Part shown: positions 50,305 through 60,607 of the stretch, in pieces
Numbering within the stretch: position 1 is the stretch's first letter
Layout: every line of letters starts with the position of its first letter
Source of the DNA: Tannerella sp.
Lineage (GTDB): Bacteria > Bacteroidota > Bacteroidia > Bacteroidales > Tannerellaceae
Assembly (NCBI GenBank): GCA_031289275.1
Contig: JAITPV010000047.1
Span: 13,321-77,320, forward strand
DNA length: 64,000 nucleotides
Direction of reading: 5' to 3'
The notes under the pieces: model-generated
What the model was told of the DNA's origin: nothing
Seen by the model: only the letters and a program-made list of their open reading frames with translations
The model's database searches: none
Position numbers and translations under genes: made by a program

Positions 50305-51411
50305 ATGGTTGCTTTATTTATCCTGATGTTATGTGCTTACCTGGGAAGCAACGTATATATTTTTATCCGGGGATTGCAGGCGCTCCAGCATTTTCCGCCC
50401 GTCGTCAGATGGATTTTCGGCGGAATCTTCTGGATCAGCGTATTTTCCATGATCCTGGTATTTGCGTTGCGAAATTCCAAACTGTCCGCCACCGCATGGG
50501 CTCACCTCTTTTTTGAATACAGTACCGGCTGGCTGGTCTTTACCCTGTACATGACATTGTTTCTGCTATGTTTCGACGGCTTCCGGCTTTTCAACCATCC
50601 GTTCCAACACAGTTTTGTCGTATCTCTGGGATTGACCCTCGGTGTATTGTCCTGCGGATTTTACCGCTATCGACATCCTGTCATCCGAACGCTCAATATC
50701 GGTATCGACAAGCCCATGACCGGTGCAAAAGACACATTCAGAATTGTTGCCATAAGCGATTTGCACCTTGGCATGGGAACCGCCAAAGGCCAGTTGCAAC
50801 AATACATCCGGATGATTCAGGCGCAACAGCCGGATTTGATCCTGATCGGCGGAGACCTGATCGACAACAGCATCGTACCGGCGCAACAACGGCACATGGA
50901 ACAGGAATTATCGCAACTCAACGCCCCGTCGGGCATCTACATGACGCCCGGAAATCATGAATACATCAGTGGCATTGCCGATTGCATGCAATACATCGCC
51001 CGGACACCTGTTCGTTTCCTGCGGGACACGGTTGTGACGCTACCGAACGGGATCCAATTAGTCGGACGGGACGACCGCACGAATCATGCCCGCCAATCAT
51101 TGGCACAACTGATTGTCGGCACAAACCCGGACTATCCCCTTATCGTACTGGATCACCAACCCAGCGAATTATCCCAGACCGTAGATGCCGGCGCAGACCT
51201 CCTCTTCTGCGGCCATACGCACCGGGGGCAGGTGTGGCCGATGACCTGGCTGACCGACCGCCTCTTTGAACTCAGTCACGGGTATGAACAGCGCGGCAGC
51301 ACGCATCTTTATGTCTCTTCTGGCTTGGCGCTTTGGGGGCCGCCATTCCGCATCGGAAGCCGGAGTGAAATGGTCGTATTCAACCTTTTTTCGACCAAGC
51401 ACCGCCCATGA
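50305..51411 (+). CDS. Membrane-anchored metallophosphoesterase (YkuE-like)
   Basis: SDLHLG, GGDLID, GNHE, DHQP, GHTH.GQ. Confidence 0.9.
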   Translation: MVALFILMLCAYLGSNVYIFIRGLQALQHFPPVVRWIFGGIFWISVFSMILVFALRNSKLSATAWAHLFFEYSTGWLVFTLYMTLFLLCFDGFRLFNHPFQHSFVVSLGLTLGVLSCGFYRYRHPVIRTLNIGIDKPMTGAKDTFRIVAISDLHLGMGTAKGQLQQYIRMIQAQQPDLILIGGDLIDNSIVPAQQRHMEQELSQLNAPSGIYMTPGNHEYISGIADCMQYIARTPVRFLRDTVVTLPNGIQLVGRDDRTNHARQSLAQLIVGTNPDYPLIVLDHQPSELSQTVDAGADLLFCGHTHRGQVWPMTWLTDRLFELSHGYEQRGSTHLYVSSGLALWGPPFRIGSRSEMVVFNLFSTKHRP

Positions 51412-52544
51412 GAGTTTTTCTGCAAGCCCTCATTGCCCAGATTCTGTTGAACCCGTATATTTTCTGGCGAGGCTATCAAGCCATCCCGCCCTCGAAAAAG
51501 TGGCGTGTGCCCTACATCTTGCTTTTCATCCTCGAATGGCACCTCTATTTCACCGGATTCTTTTTCCACGGCAGCCTGCCGAACGGCCTGCTGACCAGCC
51601 TCCTCCTGATATGCAACACCTGGTATGTCGCTTCGATCTACCTCACGATGGGGCTGCTGCTGCTGGAACTCGTCAGACTCGCTGTCCGGAGATGGCACCG
51701 CTGTCCGGAAACGATCCGCAGGCATTGGCCGGAAATGAAACTCGCCCTCTTTTTCATCTTTCTTGCCGCCGTCGCCGGCCTGATGGTAAAAGCCCATTAC
51801 AATGTCGCCCACCCGGTTGTGAAACACGTGCACCTCCACATACCGAAAGTCGTGGCAGGACGCGACAGCCTTACCATTGCCATGCTCAGCGACCTGCATT
51901 TCGGCGAAACCATCGGCAAAGACTATGCCCGGCGCTACGTAGCCCTCTGCAACGGGCAACATCCGGACATCATCGTCTTAACGGGCGACATCATCGACCA
52001 CGAATCCCTCATTGCCGAGCGGGAACATATCGAAGATGACCTTCGCCAACTGCACGCCCCCCTGGGAACCTACCTCATACTCGGCAATCATGAATACCGC
52101 GCCAACCGGCACGCCAAACTGCGATGGCTGAAAAAGACCGGCGGCGTGCTGCTGGTCGACTCCGTCGCCATGCCTGACTCTACCTTCTACCTGATTGGGC
52201 GCGACGACGCCATCAACCCCCACCGCGCCACGCTGCGCACGCTGATGGAAAAAACAGACCCCGCCAAGCCCGTCATCGTCCTCGACCACCAACCGGAAGC
52301 CTTCAACGAAACCCGGATGAACCATCCGGATTTAACCCTCCACGGACATACGCACAATGGCCAACTGTGGCCCTATTCGCTGCTTTTGAAACTGGTTTTT
52401 GAATGTCCCTACGGATACTACCGGACAGGGAATACGCAATTTTACATCTCGTCCGGCATCGGCTGCGCAGGCCCGCCCTACCGCGTGGGCACCTGTTCCG
52501 AACTGGTCATGCTGCACATTACTTTCGACAAAAAACAATTATGA
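51408..52544 (+). CDS. Membrane-anchored metallophosphoesterase, tandem paralog
   Basis: SDLHFG, GDIID, GNHE, DHQP, GHTHNGQ. Confidence 0.9.
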   Translation: MRVFLQALIAQILLNPYIFWRGYQAIPPSKKWRVPYILLFILEWHLYFTGFFFHGSLPNGLLTSLLLICNTWYVASIYLTMGLLLLELVRLAVRRWHRCPETIRRHWPEMKLALFFIFLAAVAGLMVKAHYNVAHPVVKHVHLHIPKVVAGRDSLTIAMLSDLHFGETIGKDYARRYVALCNGQHPDIIVLTGDIIDHESLIAEREHIEDDLRQLHAPLGTYLILGNHEYRANRHAKLRWLKKTGGVLLVDSVAMPDSTFYLIGRDDAINPHRATLRTLMEKTDPAKPVIVLDHQPEAFNETRMNHPDLTLHGHTHNGQLWPYSLLLKLVFECPYGYYRTGNTQFYISSGIGCAGPPYRVGTCSELVMLHITFDKKQL

Positions 52545-52697
52545 TAAAGTTTGAAAGTTTCCGGCTAAAATTTATCCTGAGTTGCTGATTCTTTGAACGA
52601 ATTATTGATTTATTGAATTACTATCTTTATCTTTGCAAGCAATTTGCAAGCAATATGAGTATCCCTTGTTTTTGTTCAGTGAAGAGTAGAAATATAT

Positions 52698-55205
52698 ATG
52701 GCAAAAAAAACAACGAAGAAGAAACGTCCTGAAAATAATGATATAGAAGATATTTTGGAATCCATAAGCGTATTTTTCACGAACGAACGTGTGCGTTTTC
52801 TGATAGGCTTGATTCTTATTTTCCTTGTGATTTATGTAAGTATTGCATCCATATCGTTCTTTTTTACGGGAGGAGAAGACCAGAATGCAGTGGTGCATAC
52901 GTCGACTAAAGACCTGTTGATTAATCGCGGGCAAGTGAATAACTGGGCCGGTGTTCGGGGTGCTTATGTTGCAGAGTTGCTCATGAACCGGTGCTTCGGA
53001 ATATCTTCTTTTTTCATCCTGTTTTTCCTCGGTTCATTGGGTGTGAAATGGATGGGCATCTGCCGGATGTCTTTGCTCAAACGTTTTTTACTGTGCAGCG
53101 CCATGCTGTTATGGAGCGCCGTATTTTTGTCCTTCACCTTTCTAAAAAGTTATGAAGACACATTTCTCTATCTGGGTGGAGAACAAGGGTTTTACCTTTC
53201 GGATTTGCTGATTAAAAATCTCGGCAAAACCGGTACGATACTCCTTTTGATCGCCGGGTTCCTGATAATCGCCGTCTGTCTCAGCAACAAAGTCATCCCC
53301 TTGTTGCGGAAATTTTTTTCATTCTCGTGGAGTCAAAAATGGAAAAGAAAATGGCAATGGAAGTGGAAATGGCCTGCATGGAAAACGAAGGCCGGAACGG
53401 CGGATCGTAAAGCCGTGGACGACGAAGAGGATACGGAAGACGACAAAGAGGGTATGGAGGAGGATGTGCCGGAAGAAGATGAGGAGCACCACGGTACGAC
53501 AACACCGGAAGACCGTCCATGGGTGACACATGTCCCTGCCGGGGATAAAGGAAAACCGGATATCGAATTTATCATCAACGTACCGACAGGTGATGACGAA
53601 ATGGGTTATGAAACCGCCGGAAATGACTTGCCCCCCGTCGTCCGGCCGAAAGCGACGACGAACAACGACAATGAACCGTATGATGAATCGGCCATGGGTG
53701 ACTATGATCCGCGGTTAGACTTGTCGAGCTACCGTTTTCCGCCGCTTGATCTGCTGAAGAAATACGACCAGGGACAGAATCAAATCAACAAGGAAGAACA
53801 AACCGATAATCAGAAACGGATCAAACAGACGCTGGAGGATTTCGGCATCAATATCTCCTCTATTAATGCTACCGTAGGGCCGACGCTGACGCTGTACGAA
53901 GTCGTGCCGGCCGTGGGCGTGCGTATCTCCAAAATCCGCAACCTGGAAGACGACATTGCCCTGAGTTTGTCCGCATTGGGTATCCGTATCATTGCCCCAA
54001 TGCCCGGTAAGGGGACGATCGGTATCGAAGTGCCGAACAAAGACGCCCAGATTGTGTCCATGCATTCGCTGATCGCATCGCGCAAGTTCAACGAATGCAA
54101 ATACGATTTGCCTGTGGCGCTTGGCCGTACGATAACGAACGATGTCTTTATGTTTGACCTCTGTAAAGCCCCTCATCTGCTGATGGCCGGCGCTACGGGG
54201 CAGGGCAAATCGGTCGGACTGAACGCCATCATCACCTCGCTGTTGTACAAGAAACATCCGGCGGAACTGAAATTTGTGATGGTGGATCCCAAAATGGTAG
54301 AATTTAGCATATATGAGGCGATTGAGCGCCATTACCTGGCCAAATTGCCGGATGAAGACAAGGCCATTATTACGGATTACACAAAGGTAGTTTATACCCT
54401 GAATTCCCTCTGTAAGGAGATGGACGATCGTTATGAATTGCTGACCAAAGCGCATGTGCGTAATATCAAGGAATACAATGAGAAATTCATCAATCGCCGG
54501 CTGAATCCGGAAAAAGGACACCGGTTTATGCCCTACATCGTGGTGGTGATCGATGAGTTCGGCGACCTGATCATGATGGCCGGAAAAGACATTGAGATGC
54601 CGATTGCGCGTATTGCGCAGAAAGCGCGGGCGATCGGTATTCACATGATTATTGCGACGCAACGCCCCACCACAACGATTATCACGGGAAACATCAAGGC
54701 GAATTTCCCTGCGCGCGTGGCTTTCCGCGTGACGACTATGGTGGATTCCCGTACGATCCTGGACTCGAAGGGCGCCAATCAGTTGATCGGACGCGGGGAT
54801 TTGCTTTTCTCTCAGGGCAGCGAGATGACGCGCGTGCAATGCGCCTTTGTGGATACGCCGGAGATACAAAACGTCGTTTCCTACATCGGGCAGCAGGCAG
54901 GCTATCAGCGGGCATACGGATTGCCGGAATATCTGCCGGAGGGCGAAGATAAAATGCCGGGCAACCTGGATTTGTCCGACCGTGACCCCTTGTTTGACGA
55001 AGCCGCCCGCCTGATCGTGATTCAGCAACAAGGCTCCACCTCGTTGATTCAACGCAAGTTTTCCATCGGTTACAATCGCGCCGGTCGCTTGATGGATCAA
55101 TTGGAACGAGCCGGCATCGTCGGGCCTGTCGAAGGCAGTAAAGCGCGGCAGGTGCTGATTCCGGACGAATATACACTGGAACAAAAATTCATGCAATTGA
55201 AATAA
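52698..55205 (+). CDS. ftsK: DNA translocase FtsK
   Basis: 4TM N-domain, AGATGQGKS, IDEFGDL, ATQRP, gamma domain STSLIQRKFSIGYNRAGR. Confidence 0.97.
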   Translation: MAKKTTKKKRPENNDIEDILESISVFFTNERVRFLIGLILIFLVIYVSIASISFFFTGGEDQNAVVHTSTKDLLINRGQVNNWAGVRGAYVAELLMNRCFGISSFFILFFLGSLGVKWMGICRMSLLKRFLLCSAMLLWSAVFLSFTFLKSYEDTFLYLGGEQGFYLSDLLIKNLGKTGTILLLIAGFLIIAVCLSNKVIPLLRKFFSFSWSQKWKRKWQWKWKWPAWKTKAGTADRKAVDDEEDTEDDKEGMEEDVPEEDEEHHGTTTPEDRPWVTHVPAGDKGKPDIEFIINVPTGDDEMGYETAGNDLPPVVRPKATTNNDNEPYDESAMGDYDPRLDLSSYRFPPLDLLKKYDQGQNQINKEEQTDNQKRIKQTLEDFGINISSINATVGPTLTLYEVVPAVGVRISKIRNLEDDIALSLSALGIRIIAPMPGKGTIGIEVPNKDAQIVSMHSLIASRKFNECKYDLPVALGRTITNDVFMFDLCKAPHLLMAGATGQGKSVGLNAIITSLLYKKHPAELKFVMVDPKMVEFSIYEAIERHYLAKLPDEDKAIITDYTKVVYTLNSLCKEMDDRYELLTKAHVRNIKEYNEKFINRRLNPEKGHRFMPYIVVVIDEFGDLIMMAGKDIEMPIARIAQKARAIGIHMIIATQRPTTTIITGNIKANFPARVAFRVTTMVDSRTILDSKGANQLIGRGDLLFSQGSEMTRVQCAFVDTPEIQNVVSYIGQQAGYQRAYGLPEYLPEGEDKMPGNLDLSDRDPLFDEAARLIVIQQQGSTSLIQRKFSIGYNRAGRLMDQLERAGIVGPVEGSKARQVLIPDEYTLEQKFMQLK

Positions 55206-55843
55206 TGGAAACAGGAAGTTACATACTATGCTTCTGGCTGGCGGCCACAGGTTTTGCAGCCGCTCAAAAAGCAGAGGCCATACTGGAAAAAGCCGCCGTA
55301 GCCTATGAGCAATCAAACGGATTAGCGGCGGATTTTGCTGCGAATATCCGTGGCGAAAGCGAAGGCCTCGCGGAAAGTTTTGAAGGATCCATCCAGATGA
55401 AGGGTGACAAGTTTGTGTTGATCACCCCTGACACACGGACGTGGTATGACGGCGCAACGCAATGGACCTATGTGGTGCGTACGGGCGAAGTAAATCTGAC
55501 CCGGCCGTCCGGCGAGGAACTGCAATTTACCAACCCGATGACCTTGCTCCGTACTTACAAGAAAGGTTTCAAGCCTTCGTATACCGGCGAGAGTACGGCC
55601 GGCAACGGAAAAATGGCCGACGACATCCTGCTTGTCGCCAAAAACAGCCACGACATCGCAACCATCGAGTTGCAAATCGACCGCACCACGTCGCTCCCGG
55701 CCAAAATGACCGTGACGATGAAAAACAATCTCCGGAGCGTGATTCGGATCAGCCGGATGCAGACAGGACTTCGGCAACCGGACACCGTTTTCGTATTCAA
55801 TCCGGCGGATTATCCGGATGTGATGGAAATAGATTTACGTTAA
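55205..55843 (+). CDS. LolA-like lipoprotein chaperone
   Basis: KGDKF, WYDG.TQWTY, NP..L, terminal IDLR; ftsK-lolA synteny. Confidence 0.85.
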   Translation: METGSYILCFWLAATGFAAAQKAEAILEKAAVAYEQSNGLAADFAANIRGESEGLAESFEGSIQMKGDKFVLITPDTRTWYDGATQWTYVVRTGEVNLTRPSGEELQFTNPMTLLRTYKKGFKPSYTGESTAGNGKMADDILLVAKNSHDIATIELQIDRTTSLPAKMTVTMKNNLRSVIRISRMQTGLRQPDTVFVFNPADYPDVMEIDLR

Positions 55844-55863
55844 ACATAAAACCAGATAAAAGA

Positions 55864-56808
55864 ATGGAAACAGAAAAAGTACGTTGTTTGATAGCGGGTT
55901 CAGGCCCGGCCGGTTATACGGCGGCGATTTACGCATCGCGTGCAAATATAGCCCCCGTATTGTATGAAGGCATCCAGCCCGGCGGGCAGTTGACCTCTAC
56001 CACGGAGATAGAAAACTTTCCCGGCTATCCGCAAGGCATTTCCGGAACGGATATGATGGACGATCTGCGAAAACAGGCCATTCGTTTCGGCGCAGACATC
56101 CGCGCCGGTAGCGTGACGGGCGCGGATCTGTCGACCGCTCCGTACCGGCTGACCGTTGACGGGGGCGCGGTGATTGAAACGGAAACCTTAATCATCGCCA
56201 CCGGAGCAACGGCTAAGTATCTCGGATTGGCCGACGAACAAAAATATGCCGGCATGGGCGTATCGGCCTGTGCCACCTGCGACGGTTTCTTCTACCGCAA
56301 AAAGAAGGTGGCGGTAGTCGGCGGCGGCGATACGGCCTGCGAAGAAGCGCTGTATCTGGCCGGACTGGCGGCACAGGTTTACCTGATCGTGCGCAAGCCT
56401 TTTCTCCGCGCCTCGAAGGTGATGCAGCGACGTGTGTTTCAGACGCCGAACATCACCGTGTTGTTTGAACACCAGACGGTCGGACTGTTTGGCGAAAACG
56501 GAGTGGAAGGAGCGCATCTGGTCAGGCGCAAAGGCGAGCCGGACGAAGAACAGGTGGATGTCGCGATTGACGGCTTCTTTCTGGCTATCGGCCATACGCC
56601 CAATTCGGCGTTGTTCAAACCGTGGCTCGAAACGGACGAAACCGGTTATATCATCACCCGGTCGGGCACTCCCTGCACGAAACTGCCGGGCGTATATGCC
56701 GCCGGAGACGTGGCCGACCCGACCTACCGTCAGGCCGTCACGGCGGCGGCCAGCGGATGTAAGGCCGCCATTGAAGCGGAACATTATTTGACGAAAACAG
56801 GAAAATAA
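55864..56808 (+). CDS. trxB: Thioredoxin reductase
   Basis: GSGPAGYTAAIY, CATCDG, GGGDTA, AAGDV. True start METEKV at 55864. Confidence 0.96.
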   Translation: METEKVRCLIAGSGPAGYTAAIYASRANIAPVLYEGIQPGGQLTSTTEIENFPGYPQGISGTDMMDDLRKQAIRFGADIRAGSVTGADLSTAPYRLTVDGGAVIETETLIIATGATAKYLGLADEQKYAGMGVSACATCDGFFYRKKKVAVVGGGDTACEEALYLAGLAAQVYLIVRKPFLRASKVMQRRVFQTPNITVLFEHQTVGLFGENGVEGAHLVRRKGEPDEEQVDVAIDGFFLAIGHTPNSALFKPWLETDETGYIITRSGTPCTKLPGVYAAGDVADPTYRQAVTAAASGCKAAIEAEHYLTKTGK

Positions 56809-56824
56809 CATAATTCTTTTCATA

Positions 56825-57604
56825 ATGAAAAAAACGTATTATTCAGTAGTTGCATGTATGCTTTTGTGCCTCCCCGCGATGGCGCAGGACATACCCCAGG
56901 TGATCGCGCACCGCGGATATTGGCAGGCGCGCGGTTCGGCGGAAAATTCGATCGCGGCATTGGAACGCGCCGATCAGATCAAGGTGTACGGAGCGGAGTT
57001 CGATGTACATTTGACGAATGACGGCGTGCCGGTCGTGCATCACGACGGCGACATCCAGGGCGTCAACATCCAGCAGTCGCCCTACGCCGCCATCAAAGAT
57101 TTCGCCCTTGCCAACGGAGAAAAAATCCCGACCTTGCGCGAATACCTGGAAGCGGCCAGACATATGGCATATGCCCGGCTGATTTTTGAACTCAAACCCC
57201 ACGCTACCCTCGAAAGAAACCGGGAGGCGGCGCGCGTTTCGGTCGAGCTGGTGAGGGAGAAGAAATTACAATCCCGCACGGACTATATCACCTTCAGTCA
57301 GGAGGCCGGTAACGAATTGATCCGCCTGGCTCCCGAAGCCGATGTGTATTACCTCAGCGGAAACTTGTCGCCGAAGGAATTGAAAGCCCTGGGTTATGCC
57401 GGGCTGGACTACCACTACGACGTGATGCGGAAAAATCCTCAATGGTTCCGCGAAGCCAAGTCGCTGGGGCTGGGCGTCAACGTCTGGGGAGTAAACGATA
57501 CGACATTGATGCGCGAGATGATTGATTACGGCGCCGACTTTATCACCACCGACTTACCGAATGATGCACTGAAGTTCATATCAACCACGACGTCCGCCCG
57601 GTAA
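56825..57604 (+). CDS. Glycerophosphodiester phosphodiesterase
   Basis: IAHRG, ENS, EFDV, HD, ELK, ITTD.P. Confidence 0.92.
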   Translation: MKKTYYSVVACMLLCLPAMAQDIPQVIAHRGYWQARGSAENSIAALERADQIKVYGAEFDVHLTNDGVPVVHHDGDIQGVNIQQSPYAAIKDFALANGEKIPTLREYLEAARHMAYARLIFELKPHATLERNREAARVSVELVREKKLQSRTDYITFSQEAGNELIRLAPEADVYYLSGNLSPKELKALGYAGLDYHYDVMRKNPQWFREAKSLGLGVNVWGVNDTTLMREMIDYGADFITTDLPNDALKFISTTTSAR

Positions 57605-59091
57605 TGAAAGTCGTTTGGGGAATATTGTTGCTCTTGATGCTTGTGAAAGCCCATGCCGAGGATAACGACTATCCGAAACGGGAGATACGCGCTGTCTGGC
57701 TGACGACCATTTTCGGTCTGGACTGGCCGGGTCAGCCGGCGACCGACGCAGCGGGCTTCGCGCGTCAAAAGAACGAATTACGCACTATACTCGACAAACT
57801 GGCCGAAGCCAACTTCAATACCGTTTTTCTCCAGACGCGCCTTCGGGGAGACGTGATTTATCCCTCGGCGATAGAACCGCTCTCGAAGGTCTTCACCGGA
57901 AAATACGGCTCCTTGCCGGACTATGACCCGCTGGCGTTCGTGATCGACGAATGTCACCGTCGGGGCATGGAATGTCATGCATTCTTAGTGACGTTTCCGG
58001 CAGGGTCTGCCCGCGTGGTCGAAGAGCAGGGCGCGGCATCCGTCGTAAAGCGGCATCCGGAGCTTTGCCTGCAACACCAGGGCGAGTGGTATCTCGACCC
58101 CGGACAGCCCGCAACGACCGACTACATCCTGGCCCTGGTTCGCGAAATTGTTTGCCGGTATGACGTGGACGGCATTCAGTTCGACTACATCCGTTACCCC
58201 GAAAAGGCGCCGCTGTTCCCGGATCAGGCATCGTATGCCGCCTACGGAAACGGGATGAACCGGGCCGACTGGCGACGCGAAAACATCAACCGACTGGTGA
58301 AACACGTGCACGACTGGGTGAAACAGGAAAAACCCTGGGTGCAGATCAGCAGCTCGCCGCTCGGCAAATACCGCCGCAACACACAGACACCCAACGCCGG
58401 ATGGACGGCTTACGACGATGTGCATCAAGACCCGAAAACCTGGTTGCAGGCGGGGACGCACGACATGATTGTCCCCATGATGTATTACCGCCAAAACGAC
58501 TTCTATCCCTTTGTCGACGTCTGGAAAGCGCAAACCGGGCAACGAAACCTGGTGGCCGGCCTGGGCGCTTACCGGCTGAACCGCAAGGAGGGCGACTGGA
58601 CGCTGTCGGATATGACGGATCAAATCCATTATGTGCGCAAGCATGGCGCAAACGGTTGTGCCTTTTTCCGCACCCGGTTTGTCGTGGAAGACGAAAAAGG
58701 ATTATACCGTGAATTGAAACAGAATCTGTTCAAGTATCCGGCGCAACTGCCGCCGCTGACATGGCTGGGCGATACGTCGGAAACGCCGGCCGCCCCGCGG
58801 GAAATTTTCGTCACACGCGAAAACAATCACCTGAAGCTAACCTGGGAAGATGCCTCCGCACAGGCCGCACAACATACCTATACGGTTTATTATTCGCCCG
58901 CCGATTCGATTGATACGAACCGGGCGCAGACGATCCTCGCCACCGGCCTGCGCGAAAAGGAAATCCGTCTGCCCGTAAATGTCACTACAGAGTGTGGATA
59001 CTCCTTTTGTGTGACAGCCTCGAACCGCTATCGCATCGAAGGCCCACCGTCCCGTGAAACTTATTATTATCTCTCCGCATTTGAAAAATAA
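57604..59091 (+). CDS. GHL10 / YddW-like glycoside hydrolase with C-terminal FN3-like domain
   Basis: EIRAVWLTT..LDWP, YDPL, YDVDGIQFDYIRYP, PMMY. Confidence 0.88.
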   Translation: MKVVWGILLLLMLVKAHAEDNDYPKREIRAVWLTTIFGLDWPGQPATDAAGFARQKNELRTILDKLAEANFNTVFLQTRLRGDVIYPSAIEPLSKVFTGKYGSLPDYDPLAFVIDECHRRGMECHAFLVTFPAGSARVVEEQGAASVVKRHPELCLQHQGEWYLDPGQPATTDYILALVREIVCRYDVDGIQFDYIRYPEKAPLFPDQASYAAYGNGMNRADWRRENINRLVKHVHDWVKQEKPWVQISSSPLGKYRRNTQTPNAGWTAYDDVHQDPKTWLQAGTHDMIVPMMYYRQNDFYPFVDVWKAQTGQRNLVAGLGAYRLNRKEGDWTLSDMTDQIHYVRKHGANGCAFFRTRFVVEDEKGLYRELKQNLFKYPAQLPPLTWLGDTSETPAAPREIFVTRENNHLKLTWEDASAQAAQHTYTVYYSPADSIDTNRAQTILATGLREKEIRLPVNVTTECGYSFCVTASNRYRIEGPPSRETYYYLSAFEK

Positions 59092-59213
59092 GATGCCATC
59101 TTCCATCAACACGTTTCTTTGTATCCGGCAGTCAATGAACAAGGAATGGAGAATTGAGAATTAGGAAAACAAGGATTATATCCGACACGGAGGATCGGCA
59201 GTATGGAGGCTTT

Positions 59214-59258
59214 GTAGAGACGGAGCATGCTCCGTCTGTACTGCATGCTCCGTCTGTA
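59214..59258. repeat. REP-like palindrome plus a partial second copy
   Basis: GTAGAGACGGAGCATGCTCCGTCTGTAC followed by GCATGCTCCGTCTGTA. Confidence 0.7.
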
Positions 59259-59342
59259 AAGAACGTAAGATTCGGAAATCAAGAATCGGAAATCAGAAAT
59301 GTAATCATCACTCATCACTCTTAATTCTTAACTCTTAATTCC

Positions 59343-60026
59343 CTATGGTATGATGGCTAAGGTTACTTCGTTTAGCGGGCCTTTTACGCCGCGCGTGTTT
59401 TCCCAGCGGGCGGCGAAGCAGAGCGACTTGCCGCGCTGATTGCTCTGGAAGGTCATGCGTAACGGCGATGCTGTGCTGAAGGTGCTATGTGACAGGTCGT
59501 CCCAACTTTCGGTAGGTTCATCGGCCACTTCCCACAGTATCTCGGCGCCATGTACGCCGAAGGGCTTGGCACGGCTCATGCTTTCCTGATCGCGATAGTG
59601 TATTTCGATGACACCCGGCCCGATGAGCTTGACTTCCGATGTCACGTAGCTTGTCGGATCCGGTGAAGGCGTCGGCTTCACGTCGCTTGCCGGAGGGAGA
59701 CCCATTGCCTCACGGTCGGTAGAGGTGACTAAGGGGTTTTTCTGAATAAACCCGGTATACATCTCGCGATAGATGGGTATCAGTTTCGCCTTCTCATCCT
59801 GTAACGTCTTTATCACTAAAGGCGTCCTTTTACTTATATCCTTCCACACGGCTATTGCGGTAGTATATGCCTTGATTTGCGGTTCAAATACCGTGTTGAT
59901 CCACGTTACAGCCCCTGTTAATCCCATCCGATCCGTGTTCGCAGGTACTAAAACATACGTAATCGTATTCTGTACTTGCTCTTCCAATCCTTCATAACTC
60001 TTTTTCATCCAATCTTGTGATGCCAT
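59343..60026 (-). CDS. Uncharacterised 227-aa protein; paralog of 4882-5535
   Basis: KNPLVT...REAMGLP, SRAKPFGVHGA, RG...RWENTRGVKGP, terminal AIIP. Confidence 0.85.
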   Translation of the reverse strand: MASQDWMKKSYEGLEEQVQNTITYVLVPANTDRMGLTGAVTWINTVFEPQIKAYTTAIAVWKDISKRTPLVIKTLQDEKAKLIPIYREMYTGFIQKNPLVTSTDREAMGLPPASDVKPTPSPDPTSYVTSEVKLIGPGVIEIHYRDQESMSRAKPFGVHGAEILWEVADEPTESWDDLSHSTFSTASPLRMTFQSNQRGKSLCFAARWENTRGVKGPLNEVTLAIIP

Positions 60027-60103
60027 AAAAATCAGTATTTATTATTAATAATTTAGTTATAATTCCATATCATACCATATCACCTTGCCCGTTTAACCGA
60101 GAT

Positions 60104-60300
60104 CGGTTCGTCGACGAACTTGGGTAGGTTTGTCGACAAACCTGGGTAAGTTTGTCGACAGACTCGGGTAGGTTTGTCGACGAACCTGGGTAAGTTTGTC
60201 GACAGACTTGGGTAAGTTTGTCGACAGACCTGGGTAAGTTTGTCGACGAACTTGGGTCGGTTTGTCGACAGACCTGGGTAAGTTTGTCGACAGACTTAGG
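60104..60300. repeat. Tandem array 4: 9 x 22 bp, palindromic core GTTTGTCGACA(A/G)AC plus a YYGGGTAR-type linker
   Basis: GTCGAC at 60110, 60132, 60154, 60176, 60198, 60220, 60242, 60264 and 60286. Confidence 0.97.
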
Positions 60301-60607
60301 TCGGTTGCCCGGTTAAGTATATATTGTATAACGATCATCATGTATGTTTTTTTTTATTCATTTATGATGTTTGAATATACAAATTTGTATGGTTTATTTG
60401 AGATTACAAAGAAATTTGTCAGGAAATTGAGCAGCCTTTGTATTATTTAACTGTACGGGCGAGTTTGCCGATTTGGGAATAATCAAATGAATATACCGCA
60501 AACAGGGTATTGCGGGTTTATTTAAAGCCGTTTATCTTTGCCATTGAATAAGAATACGGTTCTAAATGTTCTTGATCGCATTATTAATGTATTAAAATAA
60601 TTTTACT

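Noticed and set aside
53328..53385. W/K-rich run in FtsK (WSQKWKRKWQWKWKWPAWK)
   Set aside because: Low-complexity expansion in the variable juxtamembrane linker, with no evidence of a separate function.
53715..55316. 533-aa antisense ORF, and many similar long shadow ORFs in the track
   Set aside because: These lie opposite well-supported genes, show no recognisable motifs and are explained by codon bias.
55462..55863. N-terminal extension of the 448-aa trxB ORF
   Set aside because: It overlaps the LolA-like gene; TrxB starts at 55864.
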